From the NCBI RefSeq assembly GCF_000002865.3, contig NW_001865042.1, positions 906,914 to 970,913 on the forward strand: a stretch of 64,000 bases of DNA. Direction: 5' to 3'. Below are positions 13,217-26,648 of the stretch, piece after piece. The first letter of the stretch is position 1. Each line of letters begins with the position of its first letter. Below the pieces are notes generated by a model. It did not search any database. It was not told the DNA's origin and was given only the letters and a program-made list of their open reading frames with translations. The position numbers were made by a program, and so were the translations under genes. The DNA comes from Monosiga brevicollis MX1. Its lineage: Eukaryota.

Positions 13217-13548
13217 GAATGTAGCTAAACCGCTTCAACAAATTGTCACTCATGACCACATAAAAAAAAAAAAAATTTGCGAAGAACAAAAAAAAAGAAT
13301 GAGGTGGGTGCAATTAATCTCCTTGTCTCTTTGCTGGATCGTGTCAGGCACGCCATGATATTGGAAAGAGCTCGAGATTGGGGAGGAATTGCTCTGGAAG
13401 CACCCATTAATAAACTTGACGGCTTAATACGAACAAAACACAGAAGGGACGGTGTCAAGCACAGACATCATTGACACAATAAAAACACCAGAGCCTAGAC
13501 ACGGAGACGATGGGGAAACAAATCTAAGCCCAACCTATACCAGCGCCC

Positions 13549-16500
13549 TTAGAGCGGTGGCGGCGGTGGCGGCGGCGGTGGAGGCGGTGGCGGTGGCGGT
13601 GGCGCTCCTGCTGCCGCGGGTGGCGGTGGTGCTGCCGGTGCGGCAGGTGCGGCAGGTGCGGCAGGTGCGGCAGGTGCGGCTGGTGCGGCTGGTGCGGCCG
13701 GTGGTGCCGCCGCAGGTGCGCTCGATGACGCTGCTTCACCCGCGGCAGGAGCCGCTGCCTCACCCGCGCTAGCTTGTGCTTGCTCCTGCGCTTGCTTGAC
13801 AGAGTTTTCCTCGGCCTCTTCGGCGGCCGTCTACGTGCACGCAGAACATGAACTTTCCAACAAATGCCCTTTGGCTATAAATTCACCAGCGCATGAGCAA
13901 TTACCTTATCGGCTCGGAAGAAGATGCGGGCGCTGCTCAGTGAAAAAAAGAGCATGTCCATCTCCTACTCACAGCGCATGGTAAGAACTTTCATTGATCG
14001 ACCGTACCGTACCGGTCGCGCAACGGTGGTCGCGCAACAAGACCTCTGCACCGCACAGACAGGCACATGCCACGTACCCGCTGATAACGCTCAACTCGCT
14101 TGAGGCTCAGGGACATGGCCTCTTGAAGTTTGCCGTCGTCTCGCTGAGTGCGCTTGGACTCCACCACACGAGACTGAAATGCAGGGGAAACGACCAGAAC
14201 CAAGTGAGGGAAAAAAATAACAAAGAAAGAAAGAAAGAAACATCGACCGGTTTTAGCTTGTTCAGAGCCGAGGTTGTCAACGATCTGGACACCCCGCCTC
14301 ACCTTTTCTCCCTGGTAGTGAGCGCGGCAGGCTTGGAACCAGTGTAGTGAATCGAAGGCTTCGTACTGATCCAGCAACTTCAAGATATAGGCAATACCTA
14401 CACATCCAACAAGCCATTTAGGCAGCCAAATGAGATGAAAAGGCGCAAGGGTCTCTGATTGAGAGAGCGAATCTTATAATCGCTCCGTTTGCACGGCTGG
14501 AAGGCAAGGACATGAGCGCACCCATGGCAAAGCCGTCATCAGTGAAAGAGGCGCCGTCTTTGTTTTTTTTGGTGATGCGATCCTTGGCCGAGATCATGTG
14601 CTCCACGTAGTTGACCGTCTAAGCAATGCGGTAATTGAATCTGGACATCAGCATTGTCGGCGCAGCTAGCACAGCGCATGACACCTGACATAACAAAATA
14701 ATTCCAAAGGGACTTGACACGATCGCGTCGCTCAGGCTGGTACGCACCAGCGGAGGCACCATCATGTAAAAGTTCTTCAAGTGGGCGTTCTTGTCCGCGC
14801 GAAACTCTTTGGCGAAGATGTCCACCAGCATCTACCGACACAATCATGCGCAAATAAGGAGGGCATCAAGGCGATGACATGTGCCAATACCGGCCTGTAC
14901 ATCTGTGTCTAGGTGTCAGCGCATCTGTGTCAGGATGTGGGGCAGTGCTGCGCACCTTGAAGTAATCACTGCCCTCGGCAAAACGCTGCACCAAGTCATT
15001 GACAACAGCGTCCAGGTTTCTACCAAAACCACACAAACGGTTGCAGCCGAGACTTGCACGTCAGTCTTCGAAAGGACAGGTTCACGCGTCATGACATCAC
15101 GGCTCAGCTCATTCATCAGAGATAGAGCGCACGATCTTACCGAGCTGCCTGCAAGGTGTCGGGCTCGGGCGCACCGGCCTCTTCCAGCATCTCCACAAAA
15201 GACTCGACATCCGTCACATCTGGGAGAAAGCGAATCGAGTTGGAGCACATGTTCAAACCGCCAGAGCGGATCATGCGAATGTAGGCCATGCCGTTGCCAA
15301 TCTCCGTGATAAGCTCTCGGAAACGGTCCAAATATGTGCGGCCCTAATTGGAAGAATCGACAAGAATGCAGCACCCCCAGTAAGAAGGGCGTGCGTTGAA
15401 CCAGTTGCCTGTACTGCATCCTGTCGTTCACGGTACCGCCCATCGCAACCCGACTCACATCAGCCTTGACGCCAAGTTTGCGAATGCCTCGGTTGAACTT
15501 TTCCGCGCGCTCAAAGGGGTACTGCTGGTCCAGCTCATCGCGGTTCTCACGGAAGAAACGGCAATCCTAACACACAGGCATGAGGTGGATAGATAACTGC
15601 CGGCGACAAGGGTATGCAGGCCCGCTCACCCACCTTGAGGAGACGCGATTTGATGTGATCATCAAACAGGAACTGAGAAAAGGTGAAGAAGCGCTTGCGC
15701 AAGAACTGGTACGTGAAGTTGACGGTGGTGTTCATGATACCTGTACAAGTGTGGCGATGGTGCAATAAGCTGTGGGACCTGAAATACCTCATGACGACTG
15801 CCGTCTTCGCCCGCCCTGACGGCTGCTGCGCAGCATGGGGACAGCCAATCTTACCAGTGCCGTGTGTGCGGATGGAGTTGGCAATGTGCTGGATGTTGAT
15901 GGTGTTGAGATGCTTATTTGGGGACGACTTTTGCACGAAAATCTATTCGTTGTTGGGTGAGAATAGCATGAGAACTCAACGGTTCTCCATCAGGGTTTGG
16001 CCCCTGCTTCAATCCCACGAGCAGGTACAAGCATGCTCAACGTCAAAACGAGACTTCGCACCTGATTGTTGAGGTTGTAGTTGTAGCGGCTCACAAAGGT
16101 GTGGATGTTGCGCATGATCTCCAAGACGTCCAAGCCCTGTTCCAGAGTCTGACTGGGCAAGTGGGTCTCCTGCATGTCGAGGCCGTATTTGATGGCAGCC
16201 ACAGAACGCATCTTGGCGTAGTTGGCCCACAGGGAAAGGGACACCGTCGTCAGGTTGTAGAAAGTACGATCCAGGTAGTGAGTCACCTCACGCTTAATGT
16301 TGAGCATGTCTCCATTGAAGCGCAACGGATTGAGGCGCAAAAAGTGCACCAGATCCTTGGTTTGCGCCTTCAGTGGATTCCGTGACTCCTTATCTCGCCG
16401 GTGCACGGCATCAGTGAGGGCTTGGAAGCGTAGGTCTTCCTCAATATCAAGGCAGAGCGGCTCAATGATGTGCTGCTGCAGCTCGGCAAAGATTTCCTTG

Positions 16501-19500
16501 TGCAACTCGGTCAGGATGGGCTCGCCGGTGGAGTCTTGCGCCCGCTTCGCGACGATGGCACAATCCTGGAGCGTGGCCATCATATACGGCAGGCGGTAGG
16601 CCTCGAGTGGTTCCCGATACATGTCGCGCAGGTACAGGCCAAAGAGATGGCGATGCCAGTAAAAAAATGATGCATCGCAGGCACGATTGATCCTAGGCCA
16701 TTCATGAGAAGCCAAGAGCCCAGTGCACAATTACATGAGCTATCACGTCATAAAAACAAGGTGCGCTCGTAGCGGCGCCCCGTGCCGCAAGCGGAATTCT
16801 GAACCAGGGTGGCGTGCTTCGCGCAGGCAGCAATCGGACGCGAGGACGTACTCGTCGCGAAGGGAATGCAGCATGTCCAGGCGCTCGCGGGTTCGCAAAA
16901 ACTTTTCCACGTGTGCTGGGGGAAATTGCTATGAATTAAAAATGACAGGATCAGGACATGGTGTCAAATAATGCGCCTTGAAGAACGGCAGCTACCGCCA
17001 AGAGGTGGGAAAAGGCTCACCTTGGAACCCGTGGCAATGTGCACGGCAACCTCACAGGCTAGCTTGCGCAGGCGGGTGGAGGGACCGATGCAGCAACGAC
17101 GGAGCAGCTCAAGGGCGCTTTGCACGTCCAGCTCGCGTGGCGGCAAGTTGGCGCGCTTGGTGGACTGGTCGTATGCCTGGGTCACCAGATTGGTGCAAGT
17201 CTGAGCCAGGTGTTGGCCAGATTGCTGAATGGCTTGAGCAACGAAGAGACTACGACGATGGTACGTTTGTTGGATTGCTTTGAGCAGCTCGGCGAGCCGC
17301 AGTACTTCCCGCACGTGTGCCGAATTGAGCTTGACTTGCAGTTCGGCGTGCAAGACCAAGAAGGTGGTCAAAAGGTGGCGAATCTGGTATGCAAAGAGCA
17401 GGCCTTGCAGCAAGAAATTGCTTTGCGCCTCGAGCATTTCCATGTCCGACATCTCAGGACGAAACTTGGCATCAAACTGTACCATCCAAGCCACCACACG
17501 ACGGTAGATGTTTTGGGCCTCGCTACGAGTGAGGTGACCGGCAGCGAAGGCATGTGCATGAGGGCGGTCCCACGGTCGCTGCGCAAACTCTGGCACGGGG
17601 TGTCGCGGGCCGAGCCGTGTGCGCACCTGGTAATGCTAGCATCTCTGCGCGCCAACCAGTCCTGTGCCACGGCCTTGTAGTTGACCACCTGCGCGAGAGG
17701 TGGGTGGCAAACAGGTGCGAACAGCACTCAGGGATGACGAGTGGTGGCGCGATTTGTTGCCCGAGCAGTGTGGCGTAAATGATTGCGCGTGAGAGCGGGT
17801 GGAGAGATGCGCCTTACCTTCTTGTCGACAAGGGCCTTGAGGTGCGGGAGCTTTTGAAGAATAAAGTCGTTGGGCATGACGACGATGGTGCCATAGATGT
17901 GAACGGCTGGCAATTGCTTTTGCAGGTCCCAAATGCTCTTGAGCATACGTCGATCCTAAGTATCAAGGTGCAGTGTGAGTGCGAGTGAGCGTAAGTGCGA
18001 GTGCGAGTGCGAGTGTGAGTGCGAGTGCGTGCCCGATTTGAGCATCGGGCATCAGGCATAGGGCATACCTGACTACGAAAGATAGTCTCAAAGAGAATGT
18101 AGTTGCAGACAAGGCCCATAAAGTCGTTGCGGTGGCGACGATCCTTCGGTGTGCCCACGCGCGCTTCCAGGGCGGCCGTGTTCAGGCGCAGGAGCTCGAG
18201 GAACTCGCCTTGCAGAATGGTGTTGGGAGACACCATCACCGTATCGTCGTCAAAGCACTGGTCCACGCAGCGCTAGCAGAAGAAAGGTCAGCCATGCACC
18301 GGGTGAGATCGTGGCGAGCTGTGCAAGGGCAGACTCGATGAGAGAGCGCCTTTGCTAAAGTCGAACCTGAAAGAGCATGCCATCTTGTAGGCCCTCAAGA
18401 ATTTTGAGAAACTGCTCAAAGGGCTGTGAAAGAAATATGGATATGGTGAGATTCGGGTACGTTGGCACGTAACCTCTTTGAAGGAACCTGGCGCCTGGAC
18501 CACAAACGGTGGCTCAAGCAAGGGATCGCAAGGCCCACGCAGACGTACCATCAGCTGCTCTCGGGTTGTTTGGAACTGCTCAGAGTGACTCTTGATATGT
18601 TTGAGCATGAGCTTGTAGTGGTCCTTGTGGCGGGCCAAGATCTGTCGTAAACATTGATTGTGATATGCATGAGAATGCTGTCACGAGCGCTCGAACATGG
18701 TCACGACTGTCATGCGTGTCCAGCAAACGACAAGCAGTGGCACACCGCGTTTTGGAAGAGGATCTCGTCCAGGGTTGCCATGCACATGAGCAGATTGCCG
18801 AGGTTTCGAAACACGGTGTGAAGATGGACGCCGCGAGGATCGATCGTTTGGGCGGAAATTTTCGACGTGTACATCATTGCAAACTGCTGTACAACGTTCT
18901 TTACGACTTGCACGACGCGGGACGTAAAGGTAGCCAGGTGTTGAAGGACGGGGAGCATTTTCGCAAAGCACAATTGAGCATCGCCTTCTTGTTCGGCTTG
19001 GCCATCATGCATGCCCTCGCCGTAGATGTGGAGCGGAGCGTAGAGTTCTTCCTCGGCTTCGCGCTGGAGCAGCTGCATCTCGTTGCAGAGGGCTACAAAG
19101 GTGGCCATCACCTTGCTAAAGATCTATCCCCAGGGTCAAACATCAGGGATGTAGCGCGCGGTGCTGGTGAGCCGTATATAGTGCAGGAGTCTTCCGAGAC
19201 CGAATCCAAGCCGCGCGTCTTCGCTGAAGGGGCGACAGAGGTGGACACCGACGCGTGACGTTTGCTCAAATCACTGACCTGGTTCTCGGTCCAGACGAGC
19301 TTGACCACGTCGACGGCTTCGTGGGGAGTGGTCTGTGACAGCAGGACGTTGGTGTGACTTTTGTGAGGCGACTGCCCCGTTTGTGTGTGTGGCGACGGGG
19401 TGGGGGGGATCGAGCGCGTGTATGCGTCTTGCGGGAGAGTGGGGAGCCGTGTTGCACATACATCAAGGGCGATGGGATCCAGGTTGAGATCCCAACCGTC

Positions 19501-19824
19501 GCCGATAGCATCATCCACGACATCCTCGACATCAACAAGCTGCTGCGCGTGCGTGTCCAGAAACTCCTTCATGAGGCGCCGCTCGCGCTTACGGAGTTTG
19601 TCTGTTTGTGTTGGGCCAAGGCAATACAAGCGTGGTGGTGGCAGCCCAGTGAGACGGGGTGACCTTGACTGACGTGACAGTGAACAACTCGGGTGATTAT
19701 GCGACTGACCGTGCGTGCCATCATCAAACTCATCGAGATCCCAACCACCGCCCTCGCCGCCGGTGGTGATGGTGCCATCGGGCTCATCGTAGAGGGAGCC
19801 GAGGATGCTGATGGTATCCGCCAT
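13549..19824 (-). CDS. WASHC4: WASH complex subunit 4 (SWIP/KIAA1033), many exons
   Basis: Motifs [139 protein letters not shown]. Ends ..PPPPL* (TAA at 13549-13551). Confidence 0.96.
17972..18031. repeat. Imperfect (GTGCGA/GTGTGA)n hexamer repeat in a WASHC4 intron
   Basis: Seen directly. Confidence 0.85.
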
Positions 19825-20675
19825 GATCGCGTGTGTGTCTTGGTCAAGGATCTTGCCCCGCCTGACACAACCCACTCCCACTCTGCCCTGTAAGAAGGCC
19901 CCGTGTCACGACCAGAAGACGTTGCAAAGGACGTTTAGCCGTCAGCCCGGCCCCCTGTGCGGGTGGGTGCTGCTGCGGGCCAGGGAAGCGGGGGAGACAG
20001 ACCCACTGCCTCTTTTCCCTTTTGGAGGAAAAAACGCCAATGACCCAGCTGATGCTCTTCGGCCAAGTGAATTGTTGACAACATCAGTTTTGTGTTGACT
20101 TGGTCACTATTTTTGCTTGAATTTTCGGTGATTTTTTCTCTATTTTTTGTTGTTTGGCGTTTTCTGGTTGTGACTGCCGTGGGTACCTTGCTGTATCGGC
20201 TGCAGACTATGGACATCGGGACGCATGTCGGCAGTCTCGGAATCTGGACGACGGGCAATCCTTGATCAAAAGCGAGAAGCGGGTCAATACATGAGATCTT
20301 GCATATGAATATTGTTGAACGTGAAACTGTATGAACAGCCTGTGCAGCACCCAGTCCATTTTTCTCGGCATGACAACGTCTGGTCAATTTTTCATCTTTG
20401 GGTCTAGCTTTTAGCTCTAGCGTCTTTTTCTTTCGCTATTTCAATTACGAGGCCAGTCGTCCGGAGCACGAATAGCGGGATCATACACTCGCAACACATC
20501 CAAACACAACGATAGTGCAGCAGCCACATGCCAAGAACAAGAACAAGGCAGCATGCTTGACAAGCGGCACATGTCCACCATAAAACGCTCAGCATGGGCG
20601 CAAGCCATTGAGGTGCTGCTGATTATTGTTAAGCATCGGCACCAGGTCGCTGGGGAATAAGAGGTGCTCAGCCCG

Positions 20676-21146
20676 TTATATTCTCATGCCTTGCATCGCG
20701 ACGGCCAGACCACTGGGGTCATCACTAGTCACGTCGGTGAATCGACGACCGAGCTGCTGGAGGATATGCACGAGCTGAAAGTACCACTTGTCGTCCATCT
20801 CGCGTTTGCCCGTGGCTTTGACGTTGGAGCAGGAGTTGCGCTTCACCATGAGCTTCTCATCGAGGGCAAAGCCGAGGCAGAAGCTGACCTTGCAATCATA
20901 TTCTTTGATGAATCGTTCCAGGGCGCGGAGGTGTAGGGTACCAGAGCCCGGGAGCTCACTCGGGTCGTACAGGGCCACGGCATAGCAGTGCGCCTTGTCA
21001 ATCTTGTCGTAGTAGCGGATGTAGAGGCCCGTGCTGTTGGGCTTGGGCTCTTTAGGATAGATCTTGGGTGGTTGCAACCTGGAGATGGTGGTGCGGCCGA
21101 CGGCCTCATCCCAGTGCTTTTGGATGGTCTGATTTTCAAGGGCCAT
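20676..21146 (-). CDS. Hypothetical single-exon protein, 156 aa
   Basis: ATG-to-stop ORF with C/G-ending codon bias like neighbouring genes and globular-looking composition. No family recognised. Confidence 0.65.
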   Translation of the reverse strand: MALENQTIQKHWDEAVGRTTISRLQPPKIYPKEPKPNSTGLYIRYYDKIDKAHCYAVALYDPSELPGSGTLHLRALERFIKEYDCKVSFCLGFALDEKLMVKRNSCSNVKATGKREMDDKWYFQLVHILQQLGRRFTDVTSDDPSGLAVAMQGMRI

Positions 21147-22087
21147 GGAAACGGTCTCGGTGCGTGCGATCTGCTAGGGGTGAGCTATCAGGGGGTTGGC
21201 TGCTGGCTCTGACTCTGCCAAGGTGCGGGCGACCAAGTTGATCGGGTGCAGTGCGTGCGGAAGTAGTGAGAGACACTGCTTGCTTGTATGCCGCCCCCCA
21301 ACCAGTCCGACACGGATCCGAAGACCTGTCAGTCCCCCCAAAGACTAGCAGACCACCTCTCACTGAGTTCGGGTTCTGTATTTTGCTGGAATCTGAATGG
21401 TTGCAGCGGGGTTTTTGAGATATTTTCGTTTGCAAAAGACGCAAACGCTGTGGCTTGTGGCGTGTGCGTATCTTCGTACCCCGCCGTCGTTTGGGTATTT
21501 GTCAGACAAAGCTGGAATCCTTCAATAAGCAATAAGCCACAGGGTTGCCCATGCGAGACCAGACAGGTATGTCCAAGGGAAGACTCGTTTCCCAGTCGTC
21601 CTCCCTCCTCATCGCACGGCTCCATGCTTGAGGCAGGAAGAAAGCTGACATATCGCATACGTAACAACCCCCCCAAATCACCAATGAGACAAAAGAAACC
21701 GCGGGCACATATCCAACCCCCATCACACACGTCGTGGGTGGTTAAACGGGTGCACCAAACAACAAAACAACAAAAGAAAAAGTCTCGTGTCGTGCGTAGT
21801 CACAGTCACAGTCATCGCTTATGTTGCTGTTGTAGTGTTTGTGGTGGTGGTGGGTGTTGTAGCGTCAACCACCACCCCTTGGAATGCTCTGCCTGTGCAT
21901 CAGGTCGTGTGTGTGAGTGTAGTGTGTGTGAGTGAGTGTGTGATTTCTTTTGTTTGTTTTGGATTTCTTTTGTCTCTCTCTGTCTTACTGTCTGTGTGTC
22001 AGTGGGTTGCGTTGCGTTGTTGACCTTGTCACACCTTGTCGATACCTCAGCCCCCGACCCCTCTGCCATTTCCGAAACAGAGACCTT

Positions 22088-22088
<1 letters not shown>

Positions 22089-22145
<57 letters not shown>
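22089..22145. repeat. (CT)n microsatellite between the divergent orphan and SNRK
   Basis: Seen directly. Confidence 0.97.
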
Positions 22146-22148
<3 letters not shown>

Positions 22149-22623
22149 CGCTCTCTCTTGTTCTCGGTCTCTCGGTCTCTCGGTCTCTCGGTCGCCGTTC
22201 CTCTTCCTGGCTTTGGCGCTGGCTCCCTGCGGGTTGCGTTTTGTTCCTTGGTGAAGGTGAGAACCTCGCCGCCAGCAGAGAATTCGGTCGCTTTCACCTG
22301 CTTGCTTTGATGTTCTGTGGGTGATGACGCTTGTTGTTGCACCTCGCTTCGACCTCACCTCACCTCACCTCCCGCTTGCTTGCTCCGCTTGTGTGGCTGG
22401 GGCCTTGCTTGGTCCTTGCTCCTGGCCTGGCTCGGGCGCTTCTCTTTTCTGCTTGCACCACATTAGCACCAAGGACGCGCTGAACTGTATTCTTGGGTCG
22501 AGCAACTCGCTTGAATGCGCGCCGGCCTGATTGTCTAAGGCTCTTTCATGCCCCAACTATCCGCGGCAACTGCCGTCCAACCCCACAGCGCCGTCACCCG
22601 TCGTGTTGAACCGACGTGCCTGC

Positions 22624-25568
22624 ATGGTTGTTGGGGGTGCCTCTTCACCGTCAGCCATGCCCCCGGCCATCTCCCACCGTAGCCCCCACGTTGATCATGG
22701 CGCAGGGCCCATGCTCAAGTTTTCCGGTGGCCTTCACGGGCAACAGCCAACCGCCCCCGCCCCCGCCCCCGCGCAGCAGCCCTTGACCGCCAACGCTGCG
22801 AATCAAACCCCCGCTGAACCGCACACACCAACCACACCCCAGTCAAGTGCCGCCTCAGCCACACCTTCGGACAGCTCAACATTTGTTTGGCATCCCGCCG
22901 CTTCTGCTGCCACGGCCAGCCCCTCGCCCCTACCGGCGGTGGATACTCCCGCAAACCACGAAACCATTGCCAATCTCTTGCCCCACGAACAACACGGCAG
23001 CGCCAACACCGTCGCTGCAGCAGAGGACCCGGAAACGCCCCGCCCCCAGCTCACGCCGGTCGCCCTGGCGACTGCCAATCCCAACATTACCCCCGCGGGC
23101 TTTGTCGGCATGTACAACTTTGAGGAAGAACTCGGTCGCGGTCACTTTTCCATCGTCAAAAAGGCCCAACACGTTTTGTCCAAGGACATGGTGGCTGTGA
23201 AGATTATTGACAAAACCACGCTCCAAGATGATGAACTCGACCATCTTCACCACGAGGTGCGCGTGATGAAGCTCATCCGCCACCCGCACGTCATTCGTCT
23301 CTACCAGGTCTGCAACACCAACACTAAGCTTTATCTCATTCTTGAGCTTGGCGAGGGTGGCGACCTTTACGAATACCTCACCAAGAATGGCAAGATGGAT
23401 GAACCCCGCGCCCAGCGGCTGTTTCGTCAGATTGCCGAAGCCGTTGCCTTTTGCCACCAGCACCACATTGCTCATCGCGACCTCAAACCCGAAAATTGCG
23501 TGTTTGCCACCCGCAAACACGAAGAAGAGGAAGAGACAATCAAGGTGACCGACTTTGGCCTTTCGAACGACTTCAAGCCCGGCGAGAAGATGAAAACCGC
23601 CTGTGGCTCCCTCTGCTACTCGTGTCCCGAAGTGCTGCTCCAGGAACCATACGATGGACCTTTGGCTGATATCTGGAGCCTCGGCGTCATCCTCTTTATG
23701 ATGGTCACCGGCCGCTTACCCTTTCAGGAACCCAACGACTATCAGACCATCACAAAGATTGTCGATGTCAAGTTTGAGATTCCAGCCTTTGTCTCCAATG
23801 AATGTAAAGATCTCATCTCCCGTCTTTTGGTCAAGTCAGTCACATTTGCCTTTTTTCGTGCCCACAGGCCTGCTTCTTTTCCGGCGTTCGACCATCATTG
23901 TCACTACCTCGTTGCTTGATGCTGACCCGCCATCTCACGCGCTTTTTTTCTTTCTTCCTTCTTCTTGTTGTGCGTAGGGAACCGTCGGATCGCATCTCCC
24001 TGGCTGAGATCTTGGCGCACCCTTGGTTAGAGGGCGTCGTCATCAACTTGCCCTCAGCTACCCCTTATGCCAACGGTCGCCCCGTCATCTCTGACGAGCA
24101 GCACGAACGCATCTTGGCTACCATGAGCGCCGCCGGACTCGACCCCACAAAGGTCACCGCCGCCTTGGACAATCGCTCCTACGATTACTTGGCTTCCACC
24201 TACTTTCTTCTGGCCGAGCGCGAGGTTCGCCGCAACAAGAGCAAGATGCAGCGCGCTGCTGCAGCTGGTGCCGCGGCTGCTATTGCTGACCGCGGTTCCG
24301 CCGCTCGTCGGAGCCCGCGCAGCCTGAGTCTTCGTCGTACTCAGACAGTCTCAACTCCGCGCTCCGTCGAAAGCCTCAAGAATTTGACTCATGGGTCACT
24401 TCGCCGTCCTCGTCGCCGACCTGCTCCACTCACCCTCCTGCACGACTCTGGTAATCCCCACCTCGGCGAGGAAGGCCACACGTCGTCGGATGAGGACGTG
24501 GACGTGCCGTCAGCGGGTCAGCCGACCACACCGAGCCGGTCCCTCAACGTGGGCTTGAAGCCCAACAGCGTTCTGCGCACTCCGGCCCATCGTCGACAGT
24601 CGCTATCGGAGACCACGGAGACCTTTGGTCTCTCGCCTCGGTATCACGCCGAGCATAACTTTGACAACTTGGCTCAATCGCCACCTCGGGACGGCGACCC
24701 CCCTACACCCAAGGGCCGCCGCCGAGGCATGCAAAACTCCCTGACCTTCCAGTCACGCCGCTCCAACTTGCGCCCGAGCTTCAAGGCCGCTCCTGCCCGC
24801 CCCTTGGTTCAAGTTGAGGATGCTTCCAGGAATGCTGACGCGGATACACCAATCAAACCTAGCGATGACGCTCACGCCGACGTGGACGTTGATAGCGATG
24901 ACTATCGTACCAACTGTCGCTTTGACCGTTGCAGTCATGGTCACTTGCGAGTCAACAGTACCTCGCCTGTCGATTCGGACATGCACATGATGCGCAGCGT
25001 TTCGGCGGAGCCACTGGACTCGGCCGAGACTGTTCAAGCTGAGGCTGCGCAACCCATGGAGCAATGCTCCAGTCCCGACGACAACCCTGCGCACAGCCCC
25101 ACCGACTACCTCGAGCTCAGCGTGGCCACTGCCTTTGATGCCAAATCCAGCCACGCAAGTGCTGACGCCGCTTCCATGTCCCAGGTCCACTCGGTTCAGG
25201 ACCGAGCCTCCAGCGTGCCCGCCACAGCCAACCCCACGCCTTTGCCGCGTCCCAGCTTTGACGATGCCGCTTCGATCCTCTCCACAAACTCAGTGGATGC
25301 TGGTGTGCAGTTTACGGGTCGTCCCGCCTCAGGTTCGCCTCTGCATACGGAGTTGGCTGCCATCTCCCCTGAATGCACCGCGTCTCAGGCTCGGATGGCG
25401 GGTGCTGTCACCCGCTCCAAGGACTCGGATACCGAAAACGAGTCAGAGACTGACTCGGACGGCGAGGGTTCGGACGACGAAGACTCAGAGTCGGAGCATG
25501 GCTGGGGCCATGGAACCCAGTGTCTCGTCATCATGGAAGAAGATGAGGAGGAAGAGGAGGAAGCCTGA
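22624..25568 (+). CDS. SNRK: SNF-related (AMPK-family) Ser/Thr kinase with UBA-like domain; one intron at 23835-23977
   Basis: GMYNFEEELGRGHFSIVKKAQHV..VAVKIIDK, HRDLKPEN, KVTDFGLSNDFKPGEKMKTACGSL. The GRGHF loop and GSL are SNRK-typical. UBA-like ALDNRSYDYLASTYFLLAER. Start may be 22624 or 22657. Confidence 0.9.
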
Positions 25569-26648
25569 GGCGTGTCCAACCACCTCTTTTTTAGATCCAT
25601 TGGGTGGCGTGGTCTTATCTGGGTCTGATTGCAGCCTGGTATTTTCCCTTTTCTCAAACTGGTTTTTTGATCAAACTGTTTTGTTTTACATCTCTTTTGT
25701 CCCCTTGTCTCTCTGTGCGCTTGTTTTGCCTTTGATCGACATGCTCAGATTGATTATGCGCCGTTTACCTTTTGGGTTTTGTGTTTGTTCTTAAACAAGC
25801 TTTGTTGTACGCATTGCCACGTGCTTCAAACGACGGGCGAGCCATCGTCTCAGTTGGTGTTGAGTGCCCCTGTTCGCGTGGGTGGCCTCTTTGTTGGTGT
25901 TTGTTAATATACCTTCCCTTTGCGTATCGTGCCGTGATAACTCTTCGGTGTCAGTGTCAGCGTTGCGCTTGATGCCCGCTGTGCTTGTTGTACTTGATGT
26001 GCTTATTTTATCCCCTTTGCCTGTTTCCCTCTTCCTCTTGACTGATCTTTATCCAATGCTTGCCTGCTCGTCAATTACCATGGGCGCATGCGCTTCGTTG
26101 TGAATAGCTCGAGACAAGCTTTGAAACTGAAACACCCAGCTGATGCTTTTGTACATCTCGGCGTAGCTGGGTGTTTGCGACCCTGCTGGTCACGGTCTTT
26201 CCTCCCCTCCTTTTTGCAACACTTGTTTTCTCGTTGGGCAGCGCCCTTCCTTTCCGGTTTTAATTTTTTGATTTTTCCTTCAATGTATGAGAGTCTCATC
26301 CTCTTTCTCTACCTCCCTTACAACTGGCCGTTTTGGTGGTCCGACCGCATTCGTTTCTGGTCCTTGGGCGAATGTTTTTTTTTTTTGAAAGACCTTACGC
26401 TAGCACTTTTTCTTACCGAATTGACGAGTGCACCTCGAGTTCAATGAGTCTGTGCGAAGAATGGCTCTAGACACACGTTGGACAGGGCCGACTGTCTGGC
26501 GTGGTGGCATTATGGTTGTTCTATCAATTTTGACTATTCATGAGAGGCAAAGACAACAACAAGCGGGGCTCATGGGCCAATCCACAAGGCACACAGCCCC
26601 TCGATACAGCACAATGCTAATGATGCGTGGCATCATCAGCATATCATT

